Part shown: in pieces, positions 63,826-64,000 of the stretch
How the letters are laid out: the number at the start of each line of letters is the position of its first letter
How positions within the stretch are numbered: the first letter of the stretch is position 1
Assembly (NCBI GenBank): GCA_963754315.1
Contig: CAVWFS010000006.1
Location: 32,001 to 96,000 of the forward strand
DNA: 64,000 nt
Direction: 5' to 3'
Source of the DNA: an uncultured Candidatus Rokubacteria bacterium
GTDB taxonomy: Bacteria > Methylomirabilota > Methylomirabilia > Rokubacteriales > CSP1-6
Made by a program: the position numbers and the translations under genes
Notes under the pieces: model-generated
Seen by the model: the letters and a program-made list of their open reading frames with translations, nothing else
Database searches by the model: none
Told to the model about the DNA's origin: nothing

Positions 63826-64000
63826 GTGGCCATCGACATCGTGCTCGGAGACGATCATCCCATCGTGGTGGTCGGACTCACCCAACTCTTCAGCCTCGAG
63901 CCAGACTTTCGCCTGCTGGAAAGCTGTCTCAACGGTGCGCAGGTCTTGACCGCAGTGCGCCGCCACGAGCCTTCTGTGCTCGTACTGGACATCCGGATGC
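63826..64000 (+). CDS. Response regulator receiver domain (NarL-like), runs off the window
   Basis: GTG start; IVLGDDHPIVVVGL...VLVLDIRM. Confidence 0.88.
   Translation, partial: MAIDIVLGDDHPIVVVGLTQLFSLEPDFRLLESCLNGAQVLTAVRRHEPSVLVLDIRM

Overview
A GC-rich bacterial chromosomal window. The gene content suggests a soil or sediment diderm such as Candidatus Rokubacteria (inference only): many family-5 solute-binding proteins, a COG2984-type SBP remnant and the style of an integrase remnant. Left to right it holds: (i) a frameshifted cyclic beta-1,2-glucan synthase within an envelope/stress island (GlsB-type protein, groES-groEL, an RRM protein, small exported proteins) that carries a shared palindromic operator; (ii) a scar containing a tyrosine-integrase remnant and a D-armless tRNA-like element; (iii) assorted hydrolases and SBPs; (iv) the most interesting locus, 25.6-32.5 kb, where an NTT/TLC-family nucleotide translocase is translationally coupled to a signal-peptide-bearing dikinase with glucan-water-dikinase domain order, next to two exported beta-lactamase/PBP-fold serine enzymes, a candidate ATP-export-fuelled periplasmic phosphorylation system; (v) Rieske dioxygenase alpha/beta plus a C-C hydrolase; (vi) a patatin, a broken GH63 glucosidase, a cysteine dioxygenase, a hybrid kinase and a MetE-like protein; (vii) MarR, SBP, PCD and Coq4-like genes; (viii) a Wzy-type exopolysaccharide cluster behind a sigma-54 promoter, ending in a two-component system. 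Many genes carry single-base frameshifts, most simply explained by long-read consensus errors. No rRNA, intact tRNA or CRISPR array was seen. All calls come from motif recognition by eye; no database search was run.
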